From Oculatellaceae cyanobacterium bins.114 (GTDB lineage Bacteria > Cyanobacteriota > Cyanobacteriia > Elainellales > Elainellaceae), in NCBI GenBank assembly GCA_033764315.1, contig JANRJA010000067.1, forward strand, positions 1 to 63,870: a stretch of DNA of 63,870 nucleotides, written 5' to 3'. Below are positions 1 to 10,158 of the stretch, in pieces (position 1 is the first letter of the stretch; each line of letters opens with the position of its first letter). Made by a program: the position numbers and the translations under genes. The notes beneath the pieces were generated by a model that worked only from the letters and a program-made list of their open reading frames with translations, was not told where the DNA came from and did not search any database.

Positions 1-77
1 CGCTTCACACTCTCTGGCGTTGCTGCCCAGTCCTCTGGGCTGATGTCTGCAATCGTAAGGGGCTGTTTCTCTGCCAT
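1..77 (-). CDS. IS66-family transposase, N-terminal fragment (partial)
   Basis: Own translation from ATG 77: MAEKQPLTIADISPEDWAATPESVK..., matching the DW-x-x-TP-x-SV start of cyanobacterial IS66 transposases; open to the window edge. Confidence 0.55.
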   Translation of the reverse strand, partial: MAEKQPLTIADISPEDWAATPESVK

Positions 78-141
78 CCTGTTAGCCTAGCAGCACTTCC
101 CATTTTCCTCAATTCCTTGCTTCAACCCCCTGAACGATTAC
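1..141 (-). mobile_element. IS66-family insertion sequence, left end (element continues off the window)
   Basis: Minus strand starts GTAATCGTTCAGGGGG at 141 (GTAA-type terminus typical of IS66), followed by an ORF start resembling cyanobacterial IS66 transposases. Confidence 0.6.
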
Positions 142-601
142 CATAAGCAACCTTATGGGTCTTGAGAGTACGGTCTAATTGGCTCTAAAACCAACGGTTA
201 TCTTCTCACTCATACCCCCAGACGAGGGTTAGCAGACTAAAAATATTATTAGATAGATTTTTGAAGCCTAATATCTCCCAGCACCGATTAGGATGGATTT
301 TGTCGTGCTAATTTGAAATTGGGATATTAGATTGACAGAATTGTCTGAATTCTAATTCTGGTTCAGCAAATCAAATAAATTGTTCAGCATCTCTACTGGT
401 TTTTAAGACCAACGTAAGCAAAGAACAGTGACGCGATTTGGATGATTAGGCATCATAACCATGAGTTTTCCATTCACCCGCTCATACTGGGTGTCGTTAC
501 CATCGTCATTGTTGAGATGTTCCTCAAGCGTTATGGTTTGACAGGTACAGGTTGGCGATGTGATTGCTGGCAAAATATCCTGTGGCTTCTACTCCACTTG
601 C

Positions 602-1762
602 TCAAACTTCCGCCTTCAAACAATTTTCACCTTTTAGCCGTTGATTTTGTCGCCACAACGCCGATACCAGAACCAACGTCAGCACCACAATCAACATCCC
701 AAAAACGATCAGGGCATTTAGAGTGCCGATGCGATCGCTTAGAAATCCAATCACGATGCTAGGAATGCCAAACCCCAGGTAAGCACAGAGGAAGTAACCC
801 GAAACGGCGCGTGCGCGTTGGTTGCCTGCCAACTCAGAGACTTTTGCCAGTCCGCCCAAATAAGTGAACCCATAACAGGCTGATCCGGCGATCGCGGCCC
901 CCAATAACACCAACGGCAGAACACCGAGTGCTGCACCCAAAACCAATAAGCCATACCCCAACGGCAACAACCCAAAGCCCACGAGCAGCGATCGCGGCGG
1001 AGTCAGTTGTCGGGCGATAGGTTGTACCAAGGCTCCAGTGCCATTCACCAAAAACAAAGCTAACCCAGTCCAGACGGTGAGTTGATGGTGCGCCAGTTGA
1101 GCAGGAATCACAGTGATCACCATCCCCGTCACAGCCCATGCCAGGGCGATCGCCAATCCAGGAATGACAGACCCCTTGGGGAAATAGGGCGATCGCACTA
1201 AACGTCCACCTATCGCAGGTTTAGGTGGTAGTTGGGTCATCCACACCAGACATGCCAGCGTTAATCCCAATACGATCCAATAACTCAACGGCACCAACGT
1301 CTGATGATGTAACAGCACCGCACTGGTAAACAATGCCCCACCTCCAAATCCCAGGGAGGTCATAACAGTGACAGCCACAGCAGCGCGATCGCTGGCCCCG
1401 TCCAACAGTTCTGCTAGATAGGCAGTGCCTGTACCCACACTCAGCCCGACCCCAATGCCCTGACAGAGACGAGCAACCAGCAACACCGACATTGTTGGAT
1501 GGACAATCACTAACGTGGTTGCCAGAGCAGCAAAGACTAACCCGATCAAAAGAACTGGTTTGCGTCCTATGCGATCAGAGATACCGCCTAACAGCAACAA
1601 CACAGGCAGCAAACCAGCCACATAGGCCGCAAACACGACAGCAGTTAACCCGTTGCCAAACCCAGCCACCTCAGCATAGGTGCGATAGAGCGGCACCTCT
1701 AGATTGACAGCGGCGGTCACTAATAACAGGGAAATTGAAACGGCGATCGCTTGCCAGGACAT
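602..1762 (-). CDS. MFS transporter
   Basis: About 12 hydrophobic segments; MFS motif A GGISDRIGRKPVL; likely start MSWQ at 1762 (ORF track extends to 1840). Confidence 0.9.
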   Translation of the reverse strand: MSWQAIAVSISLLLVTAAVNLEVPLYRTYAEVAGFGNGLTAVVFAAYVAGLLPVLLLLGGISDRIGRKPVLLIGLVFAALATTLVIVHPTMSVLLVARLCQGIGVGLSVGTGTAYLAELLDGASDRAAVAVTVMTSLGFGGGALFTSAVLLHHQTLVPLSYWIVLGLTLACLVWMTQLPPKPAIGGRLVRSPYFPKGSVIPGLAIALAWAVTGMVITVIPAQLAHHQLTVWTGLALFLVNGTGALVQPIARQLTPPRSLLVGFGLLPLGYGLLVLGAALGVLPLVLLGAAIAGSACYGFTYLGGLAKVSELAGNQRARAVSGYFLCAYLGFGIPSIVIGFLSDRIGTLNALIVFGMLIVVLTLVLVSALWRQNQRLKGENCLKAEV

Positions 1763-1869
1763 AAATTTCAAGAATGAAGACTGAAGGACAAAGAAGCAAT
1801 GGACACACAGGCAGAGCGTAGAAGGGGCATACCCATTCAACAGGTAACGGTTCCACAGCAGGATTCACA

Positions 1870-2544
1870 TTACCGTTGATAGTGAGTCACGTAATCGGGT
1901 GGGTTGATATCAGAAGCAAGGCGCGTATCGTCTATCGGAACATCGGCTACAACCCGCAATGGAATGACCCCCGCCCACGTGGGTAAGGCGTAATCTTCCT
2001 CATCATCCGAAGGATCGCCTGTGCGCATTTTGGCAGACGCCTCATTGATGGGCAGAGATAGCACTACCGTTCCTGCTAGTTCTTGACGGGTGGGCGATCG
2101 CACATCTTGCCAACGTCCGGGCACAACATGCTCTGTAAACGCTTTGAGTGCCTCTAACTTTTCCGCTAGATCGGTCACTAGAGTAGCCGTCCCAAACATG
2201 ACCACCGAGCGATAGTTCATCGAGTGGTGGAAGGCAGACCGAGCCAGCACCAATCCATCCAACAGCGTCACCGTGACACAAACCTCAATTCCTTGTTGCA
2301 GCGATCGCAGCATGCGACTGGCAGGGGAACCGTGGATGTAAAGTTGGTCGCCAATGCGCCCATAGGCAGTAGGAATAACAAACGGCTGTCCCTCGACCAC
2401 AAACCCCACCTGACAAATCAACCCTTCATCCAGGATTTCTTCAACTTGGGTGCGATCGTAATTACCCCGATTGGGCAATCGTTTCACAGTGGTGCGGGCG
2501 GTAGGAGTCAACACTTGGGAATTTAAAGATTCTGAAGAAGTCAT
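1870..2544 (-). CDS. Pyridoxamine 5'-phosphate oxidase-like / NimA-type flavin-nucleotide-binding protein
   Basis: RTTVKRLPNRG, LYIHGSPASRM, ARSAFHHSMNYRSVV motifs; likely start MTSSES at 2544. Confidence 0.9.
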   Translation of the reverse strand: MTSSESLNSQVLTPTARTTVKRLPNRGNYDRTQVEEILDEGLICQVGFVVEGQPFVIPTAYGRIGDQLYIHGSPASRMLRSLQQGIEVCVTVTLLDGLVLARSAFHHSMNYRSVVMFGTATLVTDLAEKLEALKAFTEHVVPGRWQDVRSPTRQELAGTVVLSLPINEASAKMRTGDPSDDEEDYALPTWAGVIPLRVVADVPIDDTRLASDINPPDYVTHYQR

Positions 2545-2595
2545 GATGGGTCGTTTCAGCAACTTTTCAAACCACACTGCCAGCGTAATGACAGG

Positions 2596-2644
2596 AAGTG
2601 GTATTGTACAAGTGCCACTTTTGCTTTTGAGTACCAGTCCACTT
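2596..2644. promoter_or_regulatory. Putative MocR-family operator (inverted plus direct hexamer repeats)
   Basis: AAGTGG 2596-2601 / CCACTT 2615-2620 inverted pair, plus a second CCACTT 2639-2644, in the divergent intergenic region. Confidence 0.55.
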
Positions 2645-2799
2645 GACCAAACGAGACGTGCGGCTCGACTCTGCTCACCAACGGGGAGCAAGCCGTAGAC
2701 AGTGGCAGACACCACCATGAACGGTTCCTCAAAAACGTCTTACCCCATGCCACGCCCCTAACCCCCAATTCCTTTTCTATCTTCTGTCTCTTGCCTTCT

Positions 2800-4284
2800 A
2801 TGGACTTAGCGATCGCCCTTGATCCCCAGTCGGTTATTCCGCTTTATCGCCAACTGTATGAGGAGTTAAGACGGGCAATTCTCACAGGGCGTTTACCCCC
2901 CAAACATCAAATTCCCTCAACGCGGGCATTGTCACACTCTTTAGGAATCTCTCGGTCAACAGTGACCTTGAGCTATGACCAGTTGCTTAGCGAGGGCTAT
3001 CTAGAAACAGTTGTCGGGTCGGGCACTTTTGTCTGTGCTGAGTTACCCGATGACCTCCTGCACCCTCATCCGGTTGAGCCAACCAGCGATAAACCCTCTC
3101 CGGCGATCGCCCTTTCTGCCTATGGCAAAAACCTTGCGGCTCCAGCCCTCAACCGCCCAGTAAATTCCACTACTGAGATCACCTTTGGTTATGGCTGTCC
3201 TGCTCTAGACCACTTTCCAATGGAGGTGTGGCGCAAGTTAATGGCACGCCACTGTCGGTATCAATTAGAGTTGTTGAACTATGCCCCTGACTCCGGTGGT
3301 TATCTACCATTGCGACAGGCGATCGCCCATTATTTGGCTCGCATTCGGGCAGTGCAGTGTGATCCTCAACAAGTGGTGATCGTCAACGGGTCACAACAAG
3401 CACTCGATCTAGTGACTCGTCTTTTAGTGGATCGGGGCGATCGCGTTGTCCTGGAAAACCCTGGTTATTTGGGAGCACGACGAGTCTTTTTGGCATACGG
3501 CGCAACCCTACATCCGGTTCCCGTCGATCAACGGGGTCTGATCGTTAAATCGCTGGAAACGGTGACAGATGCCAAACTGATCTACGTCACTCCATCCCAT
3601 CAATTTCCAACAGGGGCCGTGTTGTCGCTGCCCAGACGCCTGGAACTCTTGACCTGGGCACATAAGACAGGTGCTCTCATTCTAGAAGACGATTACGACA
3701 GCGAATATCGCTATGGCGGGCGTTTGCAAAACTCTCAAGACAATCATCCCCTCCCCGCCTTGCAGGGGCTTGATCAGAGTCATTCCGTCGTTTACATCGG
3801 TACGTTTTCAAAAGTTTTATTTCCTGCCTTACGAATTGGTTATCTGGTGGTGCCCCCAACTCTCGTCAAGTTAGTGATTCAAGCTAAATGGTTAAGTGAT
3901 CGCCAATCTCCACTGTTAGAACAAGCCGTTCTCACCGATTTCATCAATGAGGGTTATCTAGAGAGACATATTCGCCGCATGCGAACCCTCTATGACCAGC
4001 GACGACAGGTTCTCGTACACGCTCTCACCTCTCACTTTGGGGATCAGCTGACCATCCTGGGTGAAAGGGCAGGAATTCACCTCATGGCACGGTTGCACAC
4101 CTCCCTCAGCGACACCGAAATTCTCCAACGGGCAGCCCAAGTCGGAGTTGGGATCACGTCAGCTTATCCTTGCTATTTGACCGATAACCACGAAGCAGAG
4201 TTGATCTTTGGCTACGCCGAACTGACAGAAGCTCAGATTAACGAAGGAGTACAACGCCTCGCCCAAGTTTTACTCACGCCATGA
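2800..4284 (+). CDS. MocR/PdxR-like GntR-family regulator with PLP-dependent aminotransferase domain
   Basis: N-terminal wHTH (PLYRQLYEELRRAILTG..PSTRALS..GISRSTV); YVTPSHQFPTG, ILEDDYDSEY, YIGTFSKVLFPALRIGY. Confidence 0.95.
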   Translation: MDLAIALDPQSVIPLYRQLYEELRRAILTGRLPPKHQIPSTRALSHSLGISRSTVTLSYDQLLSEGYLETVVGSGTFVCAELPDDLLHPHPVEPTSDKPSPAIALSAYGKNLAAPALNRPVNSTTEITFGYGCPALDHFPMEVWRKLMARHCRYQLELLNYAPDSGGYLPLRQAIAHYLARIRAVQCDPQQVVIVNGSQQALDLVTRLLVDRGDRVVLENPGYLGARRVFLAYGATLHPVPVDQRGLIVKSLETVTDAKLIYVTPSHQFPTGAVLSLPRRLELLTWAHKTGALILEDDYDSEYRYGGRLQNSQDNHPLPALQGLDQSHSVVYIGTFSKVLFPALRIGYLVVPPTLVKLVIQAKWLSDRQSPLLEQAVLTDFINEGYLERHIRRMRTLYDQRRQVLVHALTSHFGDQLTILGERAGIHLMARLHTSLSDTEILQRAAQVGVGITSAYPCYLTDNHEAELIFGYAELTEAQINEGVQRLAQVLLTP

Positions 4285-4851
4285 AGTCATGAAGTCATGA
4301 AATTATAGATTAACGGCAACTGAGGGCTGCATTTCAGAGAGAACATCACCCATTCAAGGCGATCGCCCCACTGAGAAAACGGCTTTGCACCGTCCACCCA
4401 TCGTTCATAAATGGCTACCTTCAAATACGTCTCTAGAGGTAGAAGAATTTGGCACAGAAGGGATTGATTCAGCGTCAAAACCCATGAGGATTCATAGATC
4501 CTTCCACACTAACCCCTAAAATCAGGGCACCTAGCTTGTTTAGGGAAATGGCCTCACATCAGTCTGCTTCTCTCGTACTAGCTTCCACAAAATCCCATTC
4601 AAACCCTTTTTCACAACCAACTTTACTAAACCAGCATGAATTATAAAAATATGTCCAATTCACCCCAAAATATTCCCCTCGCTATAGATGTATGGCAAGT
4701 GATTCAGGCTAGTCTGCTGAATAGTAATCTGATCGAAAGCGGTTAGCGTGTGTCCCATACTCGTTCGTGGATCACTCGTTCGTGGATCAACAGGATCCAA
4801 TCCTCAAAAAACAAATCATTAGATAAAGCAGATGCATCGGGGAGTAGGTCT

Positions 4852-6708
4852 GTGAACTTCTTAAGTTTATTTCGATCAGCTACCCCCAAAACTCTTTTGG
4901 GAGGACGCTACAAAATTGTTGGAGAGCTTGGAGCTGGTGGCTTTGGGCAAACGTTTTTGGCGGAAGATTTACATCTGCCAGGACATCCTCGCTGTGTCAT
5001 CAAACGGCTTCAACCTCAATCTACCGATGCACATAATTTACAGATCGCTCGTCGCCTCTTTGAGAGCGAAGCCAACGTACTTTATCAACTGGGAAATCAC
5101 GATCAAATTCCACGGTTGCTGGCGCACTTTGAAGAAGATGACGAATTTTATCTAGCTCAAGAACTGATCGTTGGGCAACCCCTAAACCATGAGCTAATAA
5201 CCGGAAAACCCTGGACAGAAGCACAGGTCATCGCTTTGTTGCAAGACATTTTAGGGGTTTTAGTCTTTGTCCATCAAAAAGGGGTGATTCACCGAGATAT
5301 TAAACCCGCTAATCTAATTCGGCGACATCACGATCACAAAGTTGTCTTGATTGACTTTGGAGCCGTCAAGCTCGCCAGTACAAACCTGATCGATCCCCAT
5401 TCAAAACCCACTCAGACAATCTCCATTGGCACTCATGGTTACATGCCCAACGAGCAGATTGCTGGCAATCCTCGCTTTAGCAGTGATATTTATGCCGTTG
5501 GCATGATTGGGATTCAAGCCCTCGTTGGCACAAACCCTAAATTGCTGTCAGAAGATCCTAAGACTGGAGAAATTCAATGGCGACATCTACTCCCTAGTCT
5601 CACCTCAGACCTGGTAGATGTCATTGAGAAAATGGTGCGCTATGACTTCCGCACACGATACTCTTCTGCCACAGAAGCCTTAGAGTCAATACAAAGCATT
5701 CCTGTTCCTGAAATAGAGGTCGATTCAGTCCCTGTTACTCCTGTTCAGGTAAGTTTCGTCCGGCCCCTCAATGACACGGCTCCGATCGCCTCGACCTTAC
5801 CTCAAGCCAGCACTGTCTCTTGGGCACCCATCCTCTCAACCTCTGCTCTGCCCCCGGCCTTCAGTCGCATGTTGACGATTCCATTGCGGCAAACTCGCAG
5901 TCAAAAAGCGGCTCCTCCTCCGACCTTACCCGGTTTGAGCCAACCCCGTCGCTCCTCTTCTAAAGGGTTAAGCCAGATCAGGTTTCCTATCTTAAAACCC
6001 CTCTCTCTCTCATTTATCGGTGTGGCAGTGCTAAGTACAGCGATGTTTCTCACTAAATCAGATGGATTGCTTCAAGGCACTCCAACGACGCTAAGTATGC
6101 CACTCGTCAGTTCTGGCATTTCATCTCTTGTGAAGTCAACAACCCAAGCTACACCTCTGATTGCCAAGGCGAATCAACTGCGTGAAGAGAAGGATTTTCA
6201 AGGGGCGATCGCTCTCTATGATCAAGCCATTGCGCTCAATGAAAACGATGCACCCGCTTATTGGGGCAAGTGTTATAGCCTCAATGCTTTGACAAAATTC
6301 GCAGAAGCGATCGCCGCTTGTGATACGGCCCTTAAGCTTCAACCCGATTACCCAGAAGCGTTTTGGAGTAAGGGTTATGCCCTGGAACAACAACACCAAT
6401 ACGACAATGCTTTGGTTTTGTATAACAAGGCAACCGATTTGCGCCCTGACTTTGCCGAAGCCTGGAGTAATAAAGGAACTGTTTTATTGCAACTGAAACG
6501 ATTGCCAGAGGCGGCCACAGCATTTGACCAGGCAACCCAGCTCAATCCTAATTTGGCAGAAGCCTGGAACAACCGGGGAGTCGTATTGTGGAATTTACAG
6601 CGGTTTGACGAAGCGATCGCCTCCGTCGAACGTGCTATTCAAATTCAGCCTAACTATCAAGATGCTCTCAAACTACGGCAACAGATGCGTCAGCTACGGG
6701 AGCAGTAA
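4852..6708 (+). CDS. Ser/Thr protein kinase with transmembrane segment and C-terminal TPR repeats
   Basis: LGAGGFGQTFLA, VIK, HRDIKPAN, DFG; hydrophobic segment LSLSFIGVAVLSTAMFL; TPRs (AWSNKG, AWNNRG); GTG 4852 has GGAG upstream (ORF track starts 4750). Confidence 0.93.
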   Translation: MNFLSLFRSATPKTLLGGRYKIVGELGAGGFGQTFLAEDLHLPGHPRCVIKRLQPQSTDAHNLQIARRLFESEANVLYQLGNHDQIPRLLAHFEEDDEFYLAQELIVGQPLNHELITGKPWTEAQVIALLQDILGVLVFVHQKGVIHRDIKPANLIRRHHDHKVVLIDFGAVKLASTNLIDPHSKPTQTISIGTHGYMPNEQIAGNPRFSSDIYAVGMIGIQALVGTNPKLLSEDPKTGEIQWRHLLPSLTSDLVDVIEKMVRYDFRTRYSSATEALESIQSIPVPEIEVDSVPVTPVQVSFVRPLNDTAPIASTLPQASTVSWAPILSTSALPPAFSRMLTIPLRQTRSQKAAPPPTLPGLSQPRRSSSKGLSQIRFPILKPLSLSFIGVAVLSTAMFLTKSDGLLQGTPTTLSMPLVSSGISSLVKSTTQATPLIAKANQLREEKDFQGAIALYDQAIALNENDAPAYWGKCYSLNALTKFAEAIAACDTALKLQPDYPEAFWSKGYALEQQHQYDNALVLYNKATDLRPDFAEAWSNKGTVLLQLKRLPEAATAFDQATQLNPNLAEAWNNRGVVLWNLQRFDEAIASVERAIQIQPNYQDALKLRQQMRQLREQ

Positions 6709-7186
6709 CCTGATACTGATAAAACTTCGTATCTACTTCAACCAACGGAAAATGAGCCGGTAGTTGACATGGCTCAATCTCAACAAATCCATTTTTTTCA
6801 TAGAAACGATGAGCCGCCTTAAAGAATTCCGTCGTTCCTAGATAAATAGTGGTGATCTTTTGTAATGACGCTTCCTGCAACAGTTGGTTGAGCAGCCGTT
6901 GACCACATCCAATCTGTTTACCACGATAGTGTTGGTGCACAAACATTTTCCGTAAAGCCGCCTGATGACCACCAATATCTAGTAAGGCGATCGTTCCCAC
7001 AACCTGATCGCCATCCAATGCCACCCAAAAATTGCCCTTGCCGTGTTGGTAAAACTGGGAAATGTTGAGCAAATCAGGTTGGTCTTCCAGCGTGATAGGA
7101 ATCGCAAATTCCTGTTGTTGAATGTGCAAAATGAGTGCGACCAGTTGATCCTGAAATTTATACGAGTAGGGCTGTATAACCACCAT
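6668..7186 (-). CDS. GNAT-family N-acetyltransferase
   Basis: LRKMFVHQHYRGKQIGCGQRLL acetyl-CoA motif; AHRFYEKNGF. Confidence 0.92.
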   Translation of the reverse strand: MVVIQPYSYKFQDQLVALILHIQQQEFAIPITLEDQPDLLNISQFYQHGKGNFWVALDGDQVVGTIALLDIGGHQAALRKMFVHQHYRGKQIGCGQRLLNQLLQEASLQKITTIYLGTTEFFKAAHRFYEKNGFVEIEPCQLPAHFPLVEVDTKFYQYQVTAPVADASVAVV

Positions 7187-7354
7187 GACTGTTTCTGTCT
7201 CAATAGTTTGATTTTTTTGATGCCAAAAAGTTAAAGAGCAATTTCATATCCCCTCACTCTGGCTTTGCTCACTCCACTACAACCTTTGAGCAAACATCAG
7301 AGTTGGGTTGACTGACAAAAGTTCTAAACCCCTTAATATTGCCTGCTGTGGCTG

Positions 7355-7460
7355 GCGAATTAAATTCGCGTCTACCCGATCAAAGTCCGCTGCGCGGACT
7401 AGATGCACTGAGGCTTGCTGAAACCCGCATCGGACGTTCGGCGATTTCAATCGCCAAGCA
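7355..7460. repeat. REP/MITE-like multi-hairpin element (family B)
   Basis: GCGAATTAAATTCGC, AGTCCGCTGCGCGGACT and GGCGATTTCAATCGCC hairpins; related to copies at 44250-44484 and 47595-47760. Confidence 0.65.
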
Positions 7461-7785
7461 TCAAAGATTTGTCAGGCCGTCAGCAGGAGAGTTTAAAGTT
7501 CTTTAAAGATAGAACCCAACACTCTCATTCTTTGAAGTTCTTACCCATGATCTGGGCATCTTATAAATAAGCATCTCAATCGCCTCTACCAACCTTAATA
7601 TCGGCAAAAACTAGACTCATTTATTTAGTAACAAATTCTATAAATCCTCGTTCTTTTGAAATATCAGATATTACTGATCTTTAATTCACAGAACCACTCA
7701 ACTTCCTGTTTTCCTGCCACCTTCACATTGTCCTTAGATTTGTTCTTTAGAATTCAAAAACTAGTTACTTCAGGAGAGCCTTAAA

Positions 7786-8067
7786 ATGTCTTCAGACCCA
7801 ACCCTCATCAAACTGCGTTTTCCTCTACGTCACTACATCCATCAACTCTTTTTCTTCCCCTTAGAATTAGTGTTGTGGAATCCTAAACATTTCATGGCTT
7901 TTCACGCTGTTCAGATTCTAGAAGAATCCCTAAAACTGGACTATATTGAGCACACAAAATATCGGGAGTTCCTAGAACACTGTCTAAAGATAAGTGCTGC
8001 CTATAGACAAGACAGCCCCAAGAATTTTGGAGATAACCACGATCACAATCAAATCAATAATCAGTAA
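7786..8067 (+). CDS. Hypothetical protein (93 aa)
   Basis: AGGAGAG ribosome-binding site upstream of ATG; no overlapping gene. Confidence 0.55.
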   Translation: MSSDPTLIKLRFPLRHYIHQLFFFPLELVLWNPKHFMAFHAVQILEESLKLDYIEHTKYREFLEHCLKISAAYRQDSPKNFGDNHDHNQINNQ

Positions 8068-8516
8068 TTTTTGGATTGTTATCCATGCATAATGACCTGA
8101 TCCCAACGTTTTGATTTAAGACATTTGATTTAAGGCATAGTACCTAAACATACCTAATCATGCAAAAATCACTTTTGGTGTTATCCAAATTTTAAGATCT
8201 GCTTAAGATCAGTGAGCGCATCGAGTGATTTAGGAAAGCAAATTTAAATAGTTCTCGTTTCTTTAGGAGTGGGGATCACAGTAGAGATTTCAAGCGTGAG
8301 TGCTGAAACAGTTCACAGTGAAATCACAGCATTCGCATCTTTCTAGTAGATATCTTTCTAGCAGATGATGCAGATTGAACCGTAACACAGTTCGGCATTC
8401 TGCTCAAAATTCATTTGGCAGACTCAGCCCTCACATAGCAACAAATCGCCCGTCGCAATGCCGATTCGTTGAGGGTCTAATCCATTGATTTTTGAGCTGT
8501 AACGGAGCAGCCAACC

Positions 8517-8765
8517 CTAGTTTGGTGCTCCACAAGGCATTGGTTCTGGAGAGGCTAATGCCAAAATGTGATAGCAGGAAGCCGTCTCTTCACCTAGTAC
8601 ATCGTTAATTCGATCTCTAATGGAGACATGCAAATCTTGAATAGAGTCATTCAAATCATGCTGAACGTAGAGTAAGCCCGTTTGGCACTGATAATTCTTC
8701 CCAAAGTACGCCACAAAGTAGGTGTAGCGATCGCTGTTGGGTGCATCTAGAACAAAATCTCTCAT
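8517..8765 (-). CDS. Hypothetical protein (82 aa)
   Basis: AGGAAAG upstream of ATG on the minus strand; plausible composition; no overlapping gene. Confidence 0.6.
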   Translation of the reverse strand: MRDFVLDAPNSDRYTYFVAYFGKNYQCQTGLLYVQHDLNDSIQDLHVSIRDRINDVLGEETASCYHILALASPEPMPCGAPN

Positions 8766-9429
8766 TGGTCTTTCCTAAGTGAAAGGTGTTGATGACTGTA
8801 GCGCAGGTAAACTGAATCAATCTGTAGTGCTCTTTAATTTCTAGGATTCCCCATTTCAGAGGTAAAAACCTCCTACATTTGGATCACCTTTTGAGGTGAC
8901 TGTAGAGCGTTTTCGAGGAAAATCCTGATGAGTCACTGTATACAACCCATCCACTATACTCCTACACGTTACCCAGTGACTATTCCTCATCCAAAAAGCT
9001 GCATAATATCTTCACTTCTCTCAGAACATCTTTAAAGCTTTGGTATTTAAAGCTTTGACCTCAAAGAGCAGGCACCTGAATCAGAGCCGAGTAGCTGCAA
9101 AAAGTAACCCAATGAAGCAAATCTGCACCTGATTTGAGGAGATTACGATGCTCAAAGTAACGTCACACACGAGTCAGCGATCGCAAAAAATGAGTTGCTT
9201 TAAAGTTCTGCATGACTTCAAGGGAGTGAACGAAAAGTAATGATTTTGAAATTCAAACTTTAATTCTTAGGGTGTTGATCTGCTACAGCCATCCTGAGCT
9301 AAGACGGGGATCGCTTGTGCTACCTGACTTGTCGTCCCCTTCAACCTGGCATTGCAGTTACCGACAAGCAATTATGCATGTTTCATGTTGTTCTTTTACG
9401 ACCGTTCTCTAATCATCGTTTAGTATGAG

Positions 9430-9915
9430 CTATGACAGCTCAATCAACATTTCTGAAATGCTAAAACGAAACCCACAAGACTGAAATAGCCGTTTAGCCC
9501 CTTCGTTGGCAACTGCAACATCTAAACGGATTTGTTGAACACCCATTTGATTGAACTGTGCGATCGCTCGTTTTACCAGCAAACGCCCAATTCCCGTATG
9601 GCGGTAGTCCGGTTCAACCCACAGGTCATGAATAAAGCCATACTCCTGAATCTGATAGATCGGAATTTCTGCTTCTGTGGTTGCAATTAAAAAAGCGACC
9701 AATTGGGGAGGGTGCCGTGGTGTATCATCTTCAGCCACCATAAACACACTTTTTGGCTCTTTGGTTTGAGCAATCAGCCAGGGTTGATATCGTTGTTCGG
9801 GATCAGGCAAAAAGCCATATTTGGCATTATCCCACTCCTGATGAAGGGCACAAATTTTAGTGACCATTGGTAAAACCGCAGGGATATCATCAACCGTTGC
9901 GGGACGAATCAGCAT
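9430..9915 (-). CDS. GNAT-family N-acetyltransferase
   Basis: MLIRPAT start; IHDLWVEPDYRHTGIGRLL; RLFQSCGF. Confidence 0.92.
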   Translation of the reverse strand: MLIRPATVDDIPAVLPMVTKICALHQEWDNAKYGFLPDPEQRYQPWLIAQTKEPKSVFMVAEDDTPRHPPQLVAFLIATTEAEIPIYQIQEYGFIHDLWVEPDYRHTGIGRLLVKRAIAQFNQMGVQQIRLDVAVANEGAKRLFQSCGFRFSISEMLIELS

Positions 9916-10158
9916 AAAGCAGTGAGTAAAGTTATCGCAAATCTACCGCATTCCACCCGCTTGAGGGACAAGATACGTTAAGAATCGCAACAAAAAATCG
10001 ATTTCACATTCTGTCCCATTTCTATGTTCATTCTATGTTCATGAAGTGGAATTTTAGAGAACGGTGCCTTTAACAACATTTTCAGTTTCGAGATGACCCA
10101 TTAAGCTATCAAGACATGGATAATAGGGGGGGTCACAGTCAAGGGATGTAAACTTACT

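Noticed and set aside
442..762. 106-aa plus-strand ORF
   Set aside because: Overlaps the MFS 3' end on the opposite strand and has no recognisable motif
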